From Centroscyllium fabricii (Eukaryota), in NCBI GenBank assembly GCA_051313645.2, contig JBNRSN020000014.1, positions 152,024,001-152,088,000 on the forward strand: DNA of 64,000 nucleotides, in the 5' to 3' direction. Below are positions 26,808 to 37,702 of this stretch, piece after piece. Made by a program: the position numbers and the translations under genes. Numbering within the stretch: the first letter of the stretch is position 1; every line of letters begins with the position of its first letter. The notes beneath the pieces were generated by a model, which had not been told where the DNA came from, searched no databases, and saw nothing but the letters and a program-made list of their open reading frames with translations.

Positions 26808-29800
26808 TCACATTGAGCAGACCAGGCGGTCTGGCTGGCGTCGCACCCTCGACGACCGTCTGAGCTGCTGGTCCTGCCGTTCGGTATCGGTACCTGGGGA
26901 AGCCGAAGGAGTATACGTTAGCAGCGCGTCACCAGGGAATACAGCGGTATGGGTCGGTGGGGGGCTGGGCACGGGCTGCGATGTGGTAGGTGCCGGCTGG
27001 ACCCACGACGAGAGGAAGGGGGTGGGGGCGGAGTTGTGGTCGCGGGGGCGCCTGCGGGCGCCAGGTCTTTAATAGAGACTGTGCCCTTCCTGCCATCAGG
27101 GAACTCCACATAGGCGTACTGCGGGTTAGCATGGAGGAGGAGTACCCTGTCGACCAGTGGGTCGGTCTTATAGTGCCGTACATGGCGCCGCAACAGTACT
27201 GGGCCCGGGGAGGCTAGCCACGACGGCAGCGACATCCCCGAGACGGACTTCCTGGGGAAGGAAAACATCCGTTCGTGCGGCGTTGCGTTGGTCGCTGTAC
27301 AAAGAAGCGACCGTACGGCGTGTAGAGCGTCCGAGAGAACCGCCTGCCAGCGTGAGGCTGGAAGGCCCCTGGACCTGAGTGCCAGGCGGACCGCCTTCCA
27401 GACAGTGCCATTCTCGCGCTCTACTTGGCCATTGCCCCGGGGGTTGTAGCTCGTTGTCCTGCTCGACGAGATTCCTCTCGCGAGTAGGAACTGGCGCAGT
27501 TCGTCGCTCATAAAAGCAGACCCCCGGTCAGAGTGTATGAATGAGGGGAAGCCGAATATTGCGAATATCAGGGCGAGGGCGTTGATGACTGTGGCAGCAG
27601 TCATATCAGTGCAGGGTATCGCAAATGGGAAACGGGAGTATTCGTCCACGACTGTGAGGAAGTAGACATTCCTGTCGGTGGACGGGAGTGGGCCCTTAAA
27701 ATCAATACTAAGGCGTTCGAAGGGCCGAGAGGACTTAATCAGGTGTGCCTTGTCCGGTCGGAAAAACTGCGGCTTGCATTCCGCACAGACCGGACAATCC
27801 CTGACTATCTCCCTAACCTCCGCAATACTATACGGTAGATTGTGGGCTTTGATAAAATGATAGAAGCGGGTGACCCCCGGGTGGCAGAGGTTATTGTGCA
27901 GAGCCTGCAGTCTGCCCGCCTGCACGCTGGCGCAGGTCCCGCGGGACAGTGCATCAGACGGCTCGTTGAGTCTACCTGGCCTGTACAAAATATCATAATT
28001 AAAGGTGGACAATTCGATCCTCCACCTCAAGATCTTATCGTTCTTAATTTTTCCCCGCTGTGTGTTACTAAACATAAATGCTACCGACCTCTGATCGGTG
28101 AGCAGGGTAAATTTTCTACCGGCCAGGTAGTGTCTCCAGTGGCGCACCGCTTCGATAATGGCTTGGGCCTCTTTTTCCACGGAGGAATGCCGTGCTTCCG
28201 AGCCCGAGAGGGTACGGGAAAAGAAGGCAACGGGTCTGCCTGCTTGGTTCAGGGTCGCCGCCAGGGCGAAGTCGGACGCGTCGCTCTCCACTTGGAAAGG
28301 CACGTCCTCGTCAATGGCGGACATTGCCGCTTTTACTATATCGGCTTTAAGTTGCTTAAAAGCCGTTAGTGCCGCTGCCGACAGGGGAAAAACAGTGGCC
28401 CGCATCAGCGGCCGGGCTTTGTCCGCAAATTTCGGGACCCACTGCGCGTAATACGCGAACAGCCCCATGCACCGCTTTAGAGCTTTGGGTGTCTTGGGAA
28501 GGGGATACTCAATCTGCGGGCGCATTCGGTCAGGGTCCGGGCCGATTAACCCGTTTTCCACCACACAGCCCAAAATAGCCAGGCGTCTGGTGCGGAAAAC
28601 ACATTTTTCTTTGTTGTAGGTCAAATTCAGGGATTTGGCTGTTTTCAAAAATTTAGCGAGGTTCTCGTCGTGGTCCTCGTCCGAGTGGCCACAGATAGTG
28701 ACATTATCTAGATAGGGAAAGGTGGCCCTGAGCCCGTGTTCGTCTACCATTCTATCCATTTCCCTCTGGAAGACGGACACTCCGTTCGTCACTCCGAAGG
28801 GAACCCGAAGGAACTGGTAGAGGCGACCATCCGCTTCGAAAGCAGTGTAGGGGCGCTCCTCTCTGGGGATTGGGACCTGGTGATATGCCGCTTTAAGGTC
28901 TATAGTCGAATAGACTTTGTATTGGGCAATTTCATTTACCATGTCCGAGATCCGGGGAAGGGGGTACGCATCGAGGAGTGTAAACCGGTTTATGGTCTGA
29001 CTGTAGTCGACCACCATCCTGTTCTTCTCCCCCGTCTTTACCACTACTACTTGGGCCCTCCAGGGGCTGCGGCTGGCTTCAATCACCCCCTCTGCCAACA
29101 GTCGCTTCACCTCGGTGCCAATAAACGCCCTGTCTGCAGCACTATACCGCCTGCTCTTTGAGGCAATCGGTGCGCAGTCCGGCGTGAGGTTCGCGAACAG
29201 TTTCGGGGGTGAGATCCGTAAAGTGGTGAGCCCACAAAGCGGGCGCTCACGGGGGGTACTCGACTCGACCGTCAGGGGTGGGAGAGGGCCGCCGTATACC
29301 AGGGTGACACACTGCAGGTGGCTCTGGAAATCGAGCCCCAATAACACTGGGGCGCACAAGTGGGGTAACACAAACAGTTTAAAATTACAGTATTTTACCC
29401 CGCGAACTACCAGTGATACTTCGCAACACCCCACGGCCTGCGCCGATTCTGAGTCCGCCGCCAAGGCGATGCGTTTTAAACAGGGGCGAATCGACAGGCG
29501 AAGACGGTCAGCAGTCTCGGGGGAAATAAAACTATCAGTACTACCCGTATCAAATAAACAGTTACAGTTTTGTCCGTTTACCTGGACGTCCATCATTGAT
29601 TTCTGCAGTTCATGGGGTTTTGATTGGTCCAAAGTGATGGACGCCAGCACGGTTGATGAGTCGTTTTCATCCGAATATTCTGGGTCGGAGTCAATTCGAA
29701 GACTCTCAAAATGGCCGCTGCCTCGTGGTGATGAACTAAGATGGCCGCTCCTCCTAGCTGTGGCCTCAAGATGGCCGCCGCCTCGTGGTGCTCCCTCGCG

Positions 29801-30622
29801 GTCATCTACCTCCGTGTAGTAGGAACGTGGTGCCGCTCTCGCTCCGCTGCAGATGGGGGCTGTCTTCTTTTTCTGCCCTGTTGCGCGGCACATCGTGGCA
29901 TAGTGCACCTTCTTTCCACACCCCGAGCACGTAGCATCTTTGGCTGGGCAGCGCAGTCTGGAGTGCCTAGCTTTTCCGCAAAAGAAACACTTTTGGTTGG
30001 TTTCAGGCCTGCTTCTTCCTGCCGCTGCCGTTAGCGCTGGGGTAGGAGTTGGGGCTGGGGATGCCCACGTAGGCGCGCTTGGTTGGCCATACGTGGTGGA
30101 TCTCCGATCTGCATTGTCCAGATTTACAATCAGGGAGGCTGCTTCTTTTAACGTTAGCTCATCCCGTTCGAGCAGTCGGGCCCTGATATATGGGGAGTAT
30201 ACCCCTCTTACCAGAGCGTCCAGTGCCAGTTCGTTGTAGTGTTCGTCCGCCGTCAGGGGGCCAGGGGCGCAATCTCGGGTCAGCGCACAAATTTCTTTCA
30301 CGAATTTGGCGCCCGGTTCCTCGGCGCTCTGGGCTCTCAGAGTCAACACGTGCCTTGAGTGAACAGCGTTGGCTGCTGGCACAAATTGTTCTTTCAGTTT
30401 CTTCATGGCCTGTTCGTAATCCGACTCCCCTTCGATGAGGTGGTAATGGTCAGCACTGATTCTGCAGTGTAGAATTCGGCTCTTCTGCTGATCAGTTGAA
30501 GCAGTCTCTTTCACTTCGTCGATATAGCTCCTCAGCTGCTGTTCCCAGTGTTTATACCGGCGTTCGGCATCGGGAGCAGTCGCATCAATTTCCAAGATCG
30601 GGACAGCCAGAATTCGGTCCAT
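26808..30622 (-). CDS. Ty3/Gypsy single-ORF Gag-Pol polyprotein (Gag with two CCHC knuckles, aspartic protease, RT, RNase H, integrase; no env, no chromodomain). As assembled it ends at 26918 (1234 aa) because of a 1-nt deletion in the G-run near 27018-27022; the corrected stop is 26808
   Basis: CFFCGKARHSRLRC and CSGCGKKVHYATMC zinc knuckles; LFDTGS protease; RT motifs IDLKAAYHQ, PFGVTNG, YLDN; RNase H SDASDFA..EKEAQA..TDQ..DALSR; integrase HHCC (HNNLCH..CPVC) and D,D35E (IDFKG, SDRG, VEREN). The twin-knuckle Gag and single ORF resemble Mag-like Gypsy lineages (inference, needs an RT phylogeny). Confidence 0.95.
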
Positions 30623-30641
30623 TTTTGGATTTTAGCGACGA

Positions 30642-30716
30642 TCTAAGTTTATTAAATTGATACCATCAATTACTCGAGTCTGAGAGCGAGTTAACATAGG
30701 CTTTAATAAACTTAGA
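30642..30716 (-). promoter_or_regulatory. Perfect 15-bp inverted repeat joining the PBS position (30642-30656) to an LTR segment (30702-30716); candidate self-priming structure
   Basis: + strand TCTAAGTTTATTAAA (30642-30656) and TTTAATAAACTTAGA (30702-30716) are exact reverse complements. The first arm lies 1 nt outside the LTR end, where a tRNA PBS would be; no TGG-initiated PBS is present. Confidence 0.8.
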
Positions 30717-30926
30717 ACAAGCGTAAGGGATCACAGGTATCGTTAGTACAGTACAGTAGAGAGGAGGTCAGAACCCACGAGTGCTGACCTTTATACCCCC
30801 AGGGTCAGAGGCGTGGCCTACCCGAGGTCCTCCAGGTACAGGTCTCCCAAGTCTGGCTGGGCAAGAGTAGACACGCCCTAAGGCATGTACATACACATAG
30901 TTGGTGTTATAGCCAATATCACCACA
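30658..30926 (-). mobile_element. Shared central LTR (5' LTR of the full copy and 3' LTR of the truncated copy)
   Basis: Direct repeat of 26414-26682 at offset 4244; preceded on the sense strand by a PPT and followed by a 35-nt leader and the gag ATG (AAAATGG context). Confidence 0.93.
30790..30795 (-). promoter_or_regulatory. TATA box of the Gypsy LTR (equivalent site 26546-26551)
   Basis: Sense strand GGGGGTATAAAGG in mid-LTR, upstream of ATTAAA. Confidence 0.6.
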
Positions 30927-31051
30927 TTCACCCCCTGTTAAAGAATTTCAGTACCAGGGGGGGCACAAACAATAACTAACATATGTACAGACAGTATTTA
31001 CAAAGGTTCCGAGATGTTCCAAAAAAATTGTGGCCGCCTGTTCATGCCAGG

Positions 31052-32906
31052 TCACATTGAGCAGACCAGGCGGTCTGGCTGGCGTCGCACCCTCGACGAC
31101 CGTCTGAGCTGCTGGTCCTGCCGTTCGGTATCGGTACCTGGGGAAGCCGAAGGAGTATACGTTAGCAGCGCGTCACCAGGGAATACAGCGGTATGGGTCG
31201 GTGGGGGGCTGGGCACGGGCTGCGATGTGGTAGGTGCCGGCTGGACCCACGACGAGAGGAAGGGGGGTGGGGGCGGAGTTGTGGTCGCGGGGGCGCCTGC
31301 GGGCGCCAGGTCTTTAATAGAGACTGTGTCCTTCCTGCCATCAGGGAACTCCACATAGGCGTACTGCGGGTTAGCATGGAGGAGGAGTACCCTGTCGACC
31401 AGTGGGTCGGTCTTATAGTGCCGTACATGGCGCCGCAACAGTACTGGGCCCGGGGAGGCTAGCCACGACGGCAGCGACATCCCCGAGACAGACTTCCTGG
31501 GGAAGGAAAACATCCGTTCGTGCGGCGTTGCGTTGGTCGCTGTACAAAGAAGCGACCGTACGGCGTGTAGAGCGTCCGAGAGAACCGCCTGCCAGCGTGA
31601 GGCTGGAAGGCCCCTGGACCTGAGTGCCAGGCGGACCGCTTTCCAGACAGTGCCATTCTCGCGCTCTACTTGGCCATTGCCCCGGGGGTTGTAGCTCGTT
31701 GTCCTGCTCGACGAGATTCCTCTCGCGAGTAGGAACTGGCGCAGTTCGTCGCTCATAAAAGCAGACCCCCGGTCAGAGTGTATGAATGAGGGGAAGCCGA
31801 ATATTGCGAATATCGGGGCGAGGGCGTTGATGACTGTGGCAGCAGTCATATCAGTGCAGGGTATCGCAAATGGGAAACGGGAGTATTCGTCCACGACTGT
31901 GAGGAAGTAGACATTCCTGTCGGTGGACGGGAGTGGGCCCTTAAAATCAATACTAAGGCGTTCGAAGGGCCGAGAGGACTTAATCAGGTGTGCCTTGTCC
32001 GGTCGGAAAAACTGCGGCTTGCATTCCGCACAGACCGGACAATCCCTGACTATCTCCCTAACCTCCGCAATACTATACGGTAGATTGCGGGCTTTGATAA
32101 AATGATAGAAGCGGGTGACCCCCGGGTGGCAGAGGTTATTGTGCAGAGCCTGCAGTCTGCCCGCCTGCACGCTGGCGCAGGTCCCGCGGGACAGTGCATC
32201 AGACGGCTCGTTGAGTCTACCTGGCCTGTACAAAATATCATAATTAAAGGTGGACAATTCGATCCTCCACCTCAAGATCTTATCGTTCTTAATTTTTCCC
32301 CGCTGTGTGTTACTAAACATAAATGCTACCGACCTCTGATCGGTGAGCAGGGTAAATTTTCTACCGGCCAGGTAGTGTCTCCAGTGGCGCACCGCTTCGA
32401 TAATGGCTTGGGCCTCTTTTTCCACGGAGGAATGCCGTGCTTCCGAGCCCGAGAGGGTACGGGAAAAGAAGGCAACGGGTCTGCCTGCTTGGTTCAGGGT
32501 CGCCGCCAGGGCGAAGTCGGACGCGTCGCTCTCCACTTGGAAAGGCACGTCCTCGTCAATGGCGGACATTGCCGCTTTTACTATATCGGCTTTAAGTTGC
32601 TTAAAAGCCGTTAGTGCCGCTGCCGACAGGGGAAAAACAGTGGCCCGCATCAGCGGCCGGGCTTTGTCCGCAAATTTCGGGACCCACTGCGCGTAATACG
32701 CGAACAGCCCCATGCACCGCTTTAGAGCTTTGGGTGTCTTGGGAAGGGGATACTCAATCAGCAGGCGCATTCGGTCAGGGTCCGGGCCGATTAACCCGTT
32801 TTCCACCACACAGCCCAAAATAGCCAGGCGTCTGGTGCGGAAAACACATTTTTCTTTGTTGTAGGTCAAATTCAGGGATTTGGCTGTTTTCAAAAATTTA
32901 GCGAGG
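31052..32906 (-). pseudogene. 5'-truncated second copy of pol (RT C-terminus, RNase H, integrase, intact C-terminal tail)
   Basis: 613-aa open frame matching the full copy except for a few residues. It begins just after the YLDN motif with no start context and ends ...LRRSSRVRRQPDRLVCSM*. Joined to satellite through a GAGG microhomology (32903-32906). Confidence 0.92.
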
Positions 32907-35900
32907 GAGGATTGACTGAGAGAGGATTGACTGAGAGAGGATTGACTGAGAGAGAACTGACTGTGAGATGATTGACTGAGGGAGGTTTGACTGAGAGAGG
33001 ATTGACTGAGGGAGGATTGACTGAGAGAGAACTGACTGAGAGAGGATTGACTGAGTGAGGATTGACTGAGGGAGGATTGAATGAGAGAGAACTGACTGAG
33101 AGAAGATTGACTGAGGGAGGATTGACTGAGAGAGGATTGACTGAGAGAGAACTGACTGAGAGAGGATTGACTGAGGGAGGATTGACTGAGAGCAGATTGA
33201 CTGAGAGAGAACGGACTGAGGGAGGATTGACTGAGGGAGGATTGACTGAGAGAGGATTGACTGAGGGAGGAGTGAATGAGAGAGGATTGACTGAGGGAGG
33301 ATTGACTGAGAGAGAACTGACTCAGAGAGAATTGACTGAGGGAGGATTGACAGAGAGAGGATTGACTGAGAGAGGATTGACTGAGAGAGGATTGACTGAG
33401 GGAGGATTGATAGAGAGAGAACTGACTGAGTGAGGATTTACTGAGGGAGGATTGACTGAGAGAGGATTGACTGAGGGAGGATTGACTGAGAGAGGATTGA
33501 CTGAGAGAGGTTTGACTGAGAGAGGATTGACTGAGGGAGGATTGATAGAGAGAGAACTGACTGAGTGAGGATTTACTGAGGGAGGATTGACTGAGAGAGG
33601 ATTGACTGAGTGAGGATTGACTGAGAGAGGATTGACTGAGGGAGAACTGACTGAGAGAGGATTGACTGAGGGAGAATTGACTGAGAGAGAACAGACTGAG
33701 AGAGAACTGACTGAGAGAGGATTGACTGAGAGAGAACTGACTGAGAGAGGATTGACTGAGGGAGGATTGACTGAGAGAGGATTGACTCAGAGAGGATTGA
33801 CTGAGGGAGGATTGAATGAGAGAGGATTGTCTGAGGGAGGATTGACTGAGGGAGAACTGACTGAGAGATGATTGACTGAGAGAGGACTGACTGAGAGAGG
33901 ACTGACTGAGAGATGATTGACTGAGGGAGGATTGACTGAGAGAATATTGACTGAGAGAGGATTTACTAGGAGAGAACTGACTGAGAGAGGACTGACTGAG
34001 AGAGGATTGACTGAGAGAGAACTGACTGAGGGAGGACTGACTGAGAGAGGATTGACTGAGAGAGAACTGACGGTGAGGAGATTGACTGAAGGAGGACTGA
34101 CTGAGAAGAACTGACTGAGAGAGGACTGACTGAGAGAGGATTGACTGAGGGAGGATTGACTGAGAGAGGATTGACTGAGAGAGAACTGACTGAGAGAGGA
34201 TTGACTGAGGGAGGATTGATTGAGAGAGGATTGACTGAGGGAGGATTGACTGAGAGAGAACTGACTGAGAGAGGATTGACTGAGAGAGGATTGACTGAGG
34301 GAGGATTGAATGAGAGAGGATTGACTGAGGGAGGATTGACTGAGAGAGAACTGACTCAGAGAGAATTGACTGAGGGAGGATTGACTGAGAGAGAACTGAC
34401 TGAGAGAGGATTGACTGATAGAGGATTGACTGAGGGAGGTTTGAATGAGAGAGGATTGACTGAGGGAGGACTGACTGAGAGAAGATTGACTGAGAGAGAA
34501 CTGACTGACAGAGGATTGACTGAGGGAAGATTGACTGAGTGAGGATTGAATGAGACAGGATTGACTGAGGGAGAACTGACTGAGGGAGAACTGACTGAGA
34601 GAGGATTGACTGAGAGAGGACTGACTGAGAGAGGACTGACTGAGAGAGGATTGACTGAGGGAGGATTGACTGACAGAGGATTGACTGAGAGAGTATTGAC
34701 TGAGAGAGAACTGACTGAGAGAGGATTGACTGAGGGAGGACTGACTGAGAGAGAACTGACTGAGAGAGGACTGACTGAGAGAGGATTGACTGAGAGAGAA
34801 CTGACTGAGGGAGGACTGAATGAGAGAGGATTGACTGAGAGAGAACTGACTGAGAGATGATTGACTGAGGGAGGATTCACTGAGAGAGGATTCACTGAGA
34901 GAGAACTGACTGAGAGAGGATTGACTGAGGGAGGATTGACTGAGAGAGGATTGACTGAGAGAGAACTGACTGAGAGAGGATTGACTGAGAGAGGATTGAC
35001 TGAGAGAGGATTGACTGAGGGAGGATTGACTGAGAGAGAACTGACTGAGAGAGGATTGATTGAGGGAGGATTGACTGAGAGACGATTGACTGAGGGAGGA
35101 TTGACTGAGAGAGGATTGACTGAGAGAGAACTGACTGAGAGAGGATTGACTGAGGGAGGATTGACTGAGAGAGGATTGACTGAGAGAGAACTGACTGAGA
35201 GAGGATTGACTGAGGGAGGATTGACTGAGAGAGGATTGACTGAGAGAGGACTGACTGAGAGAGGATTGACTGAGAGAGAACTGACTGAGAGAGGATTGAC
35301 TGAGAGAGGATTGACTGATAGAGGACTGACTGAGAGAGGATTGACTGAGAGAGAGCTGACTGATAGAGGATTGACTGAGAGAGGATTGACTGAGGGAGGA
35401 ATGACTGAGAGAGGATTGACTGAGAGAGAACTGACTGAGAGAGGATTGACTGAGAGAGGATTGACTGAGAGAGGATTGAGTGAGGGAGGATTGACTGAGA
35501 GAACTGACTGACAGAGTATTTACTGAGAGAGGATTGACTGAGAGAGGATTGACTGAGGGAGGATTGACTGAGAGATGATTGACTGAGAGAGAACTGACTG
35601 AGAGAGGATTGACTGAGGGAGAACTGACTGAGAGAGAACTCACTGAGAGAGGATTGACTGAGAGAGGATTGACTGAGGGAGGATTGACTGAGGGAGGATT
35701 GACTGAGAGAGAACTGACTGAGAGATGATTGACTGAGGGAGGTTTGACTGAGAGAGAACTGACTGTGAGATGATTGACTGAGGGAGGATTGACTGAGAGA
35801 GGACTGACTGAGAGAGGACTGACTGAGAGAGGATTGACTGAGGGAGGATTGACTGAGAGAGGATTGACTGAGAGAGGATTGACTGAGAGATAACTGACTG

Positions 35901-37702
35901 TGAGATGATTGACTGAGGGAGGTTTGACTGAGAGAGGATTGACTGAGGGAGGATTGACTGAGAGAGAACTGACTGAGAGAGGATTGACTGAGAGAGGATT
36001 GACTGAGAGAGGATTGAATGAGAGAGAACTGACTGAGAGAGGATTGACTGAGGGAGGATTGACTGAGAGAGGATTGACTGAGAGAGAACTGACTGAGAGA
36101 GGATTGACTGAGGGAGGATTGACTGAGAGCAGATTGACTGAGAGAGAACAGACTGAGAGAGGATTGACTGAGAGAGGATTGACTGAGAGAGGATTGACTG
36201 AGGGAGGATTGACTGAGAGAGAACTGACTGAAAGAGGATTGACTGAGGGAGGATTGACTGAGAGAGGATTGACTGAGGGAGAATTGACTGAGAGAGAACT
36301 GACTGAGAGACGATTGACTGAGGGAGGATTGACTGAGAGAGGATTGACTGAGAGAGAACTGTCTGAGAGAGGATTGACTGAGGGAAGATTGACTGAGAGA
36401 GGATTGACTGAAAGAGGACTGACTGAGAGAGGATTGACTAAGAGAGAACTGACTGAGAGAGGATTGACTGAGAGAGGATTGACTGATAGAGGACTGACTG
36501 AGGGAGGACTGACTGAGAGAGGATTGACTGAGAAATAATTGACTGAGAGAGGATTGAATGAGGGAGAACTGACTGAGGGAGAACTGACTGAGAGAGAACT
36601 GACTGAGGGAGAACTGACTGAGAGAGAACTGACTGAGAGAGAACTGACTGAGAGAGGATTGACTGAGAGAGGATTGACTGAGAGAGGGTTGACTGCGAGA
36701 GGACTGACTGAGAGAGAACTGACTGAGGGAGGATTGACTGAGGTAGGATTGACTGAGGGAGGATTGATTGAGAGAGGATTGACTGAGAGAGGACTGACTG
36801 AGAGAGGACAGACTGAGAGAGGATTGACTGAGAGAGGATTGACTGAGAGAGGATTGACTGAGGGATGCTTGACTGAGAGAGGATTGACTCAGGGAGGATT
36901 GAATGAGAGAGGATTGACTGAGGGAGGATTGAGTGAGAGAGAACTGACTCAGAGAGGATTGACTGAGGGAGGATTGACTGAGAGAGGATTGACTGAGAGA
37001 GAACTGACGGAGAGAGGATTGACTGAGAGAGGATTGACTGAGAGAGGATTGACTGAGGGAGGATTGACTGAGAGAGAACTGACTGAGAGAGTATTTACTG
37101 AGGGAGGATTGACTGAGAGAGGATTGACTGAGGGAGGATTGACTGAGAGAGGATTGACTGAGAGAGAACTGACTGAGAGAGGATTGACTGAGGGAGAACT
37201 GACTGAGAGAGAACTGACTGAGAGAGAACTGACTGAGAGAGGATTGACTGAGAGAGAACTGACTGAGGGAGGACTGACTGAGAGAGGATTGACTGAGAGA
37301 GGATTGACTGAGGGAGGATTGAATGAGAGAGGATTGACTGAGGGAGGATTGACTGAGAGAAGATTGACTGAGAGAGAACTGACTGAGAGAGGATTGACTG
37401 AGGGAGGATTGACTCAGAGAGAATTGACTCAGAGAGGATTGACTGAGGGAGGATTGAATGAGAGAGGATTGACTGAGAGAGGACTGACTGAGAGAGGACT
37501 GACTGAGAGATGATTGACTGAGAGAATATTGACTGAGAGAGGATTTACTAGGAGAGAACTGACTGAGAGAGGACTGACTGAGAGAGGATTGACTGAGAGA
37601 GAACTGACTGAGAGAGAACTGACTGAGAGAGGATTGACTGAGGAAGGATTGATTGAGAGAGGATTGACTGAGGGAGGATTGACTGAGAGAGAACTGACTG
37701 AG
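32907..37702 (+). repeat. 15-bp satellite block between the Gypsy insertion and solo LTR A
   Basis: Same monomer and the same higher-order landmarks as the left block (e.g. GAACTGACTGACAGAGTATTTACTGAG near 35500). Confidence 0.98.

Larger units (their letters stand above)
26414..32906 (-). mobile_element. Composite Ty3/Gypsy LTR retrotransposon insertion: 5'-truncated internal copy + shared LTR + full internal region + 3' LTR
   Basis: Two 269-bp direct repeats (26414-26682, 30658-30926) with TG..CA ends flank a gag-pol ORF with PR-RT-RH-IN order; 30927-32906 repeats 26683-28661; satellite on both sides. Confidence 0.96.

Noticed and set aside
30658-30665. TGGTATCA on the sense strand as a tRNA-iMet PBS
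   Set aside because: Only 8 nt match the plant-type TGGTATCAGAGC, and the same octamer sits at the 3' LTR/host junction (26414-26421), so it is the LTR terminus.
26770-32823. Short + strand and alternate-frame ORFs overlapping gag-pol (e.g. 29115-29819, 27842-28369)
   Set aside because: Antisense or shadow frames of a GC-rich coding region with no recognisable motifs; their duplication only reflects the duplicated pol.
32903-32906. 5' truncation with microhomology as a LINE-mediated retrocopy of the Gypsy RNA
   Set aside because: The 3' end is the exact U5 CA terminus with no poly(A) tail, as expected from integrase joining rather than target-primed reverse transcription.
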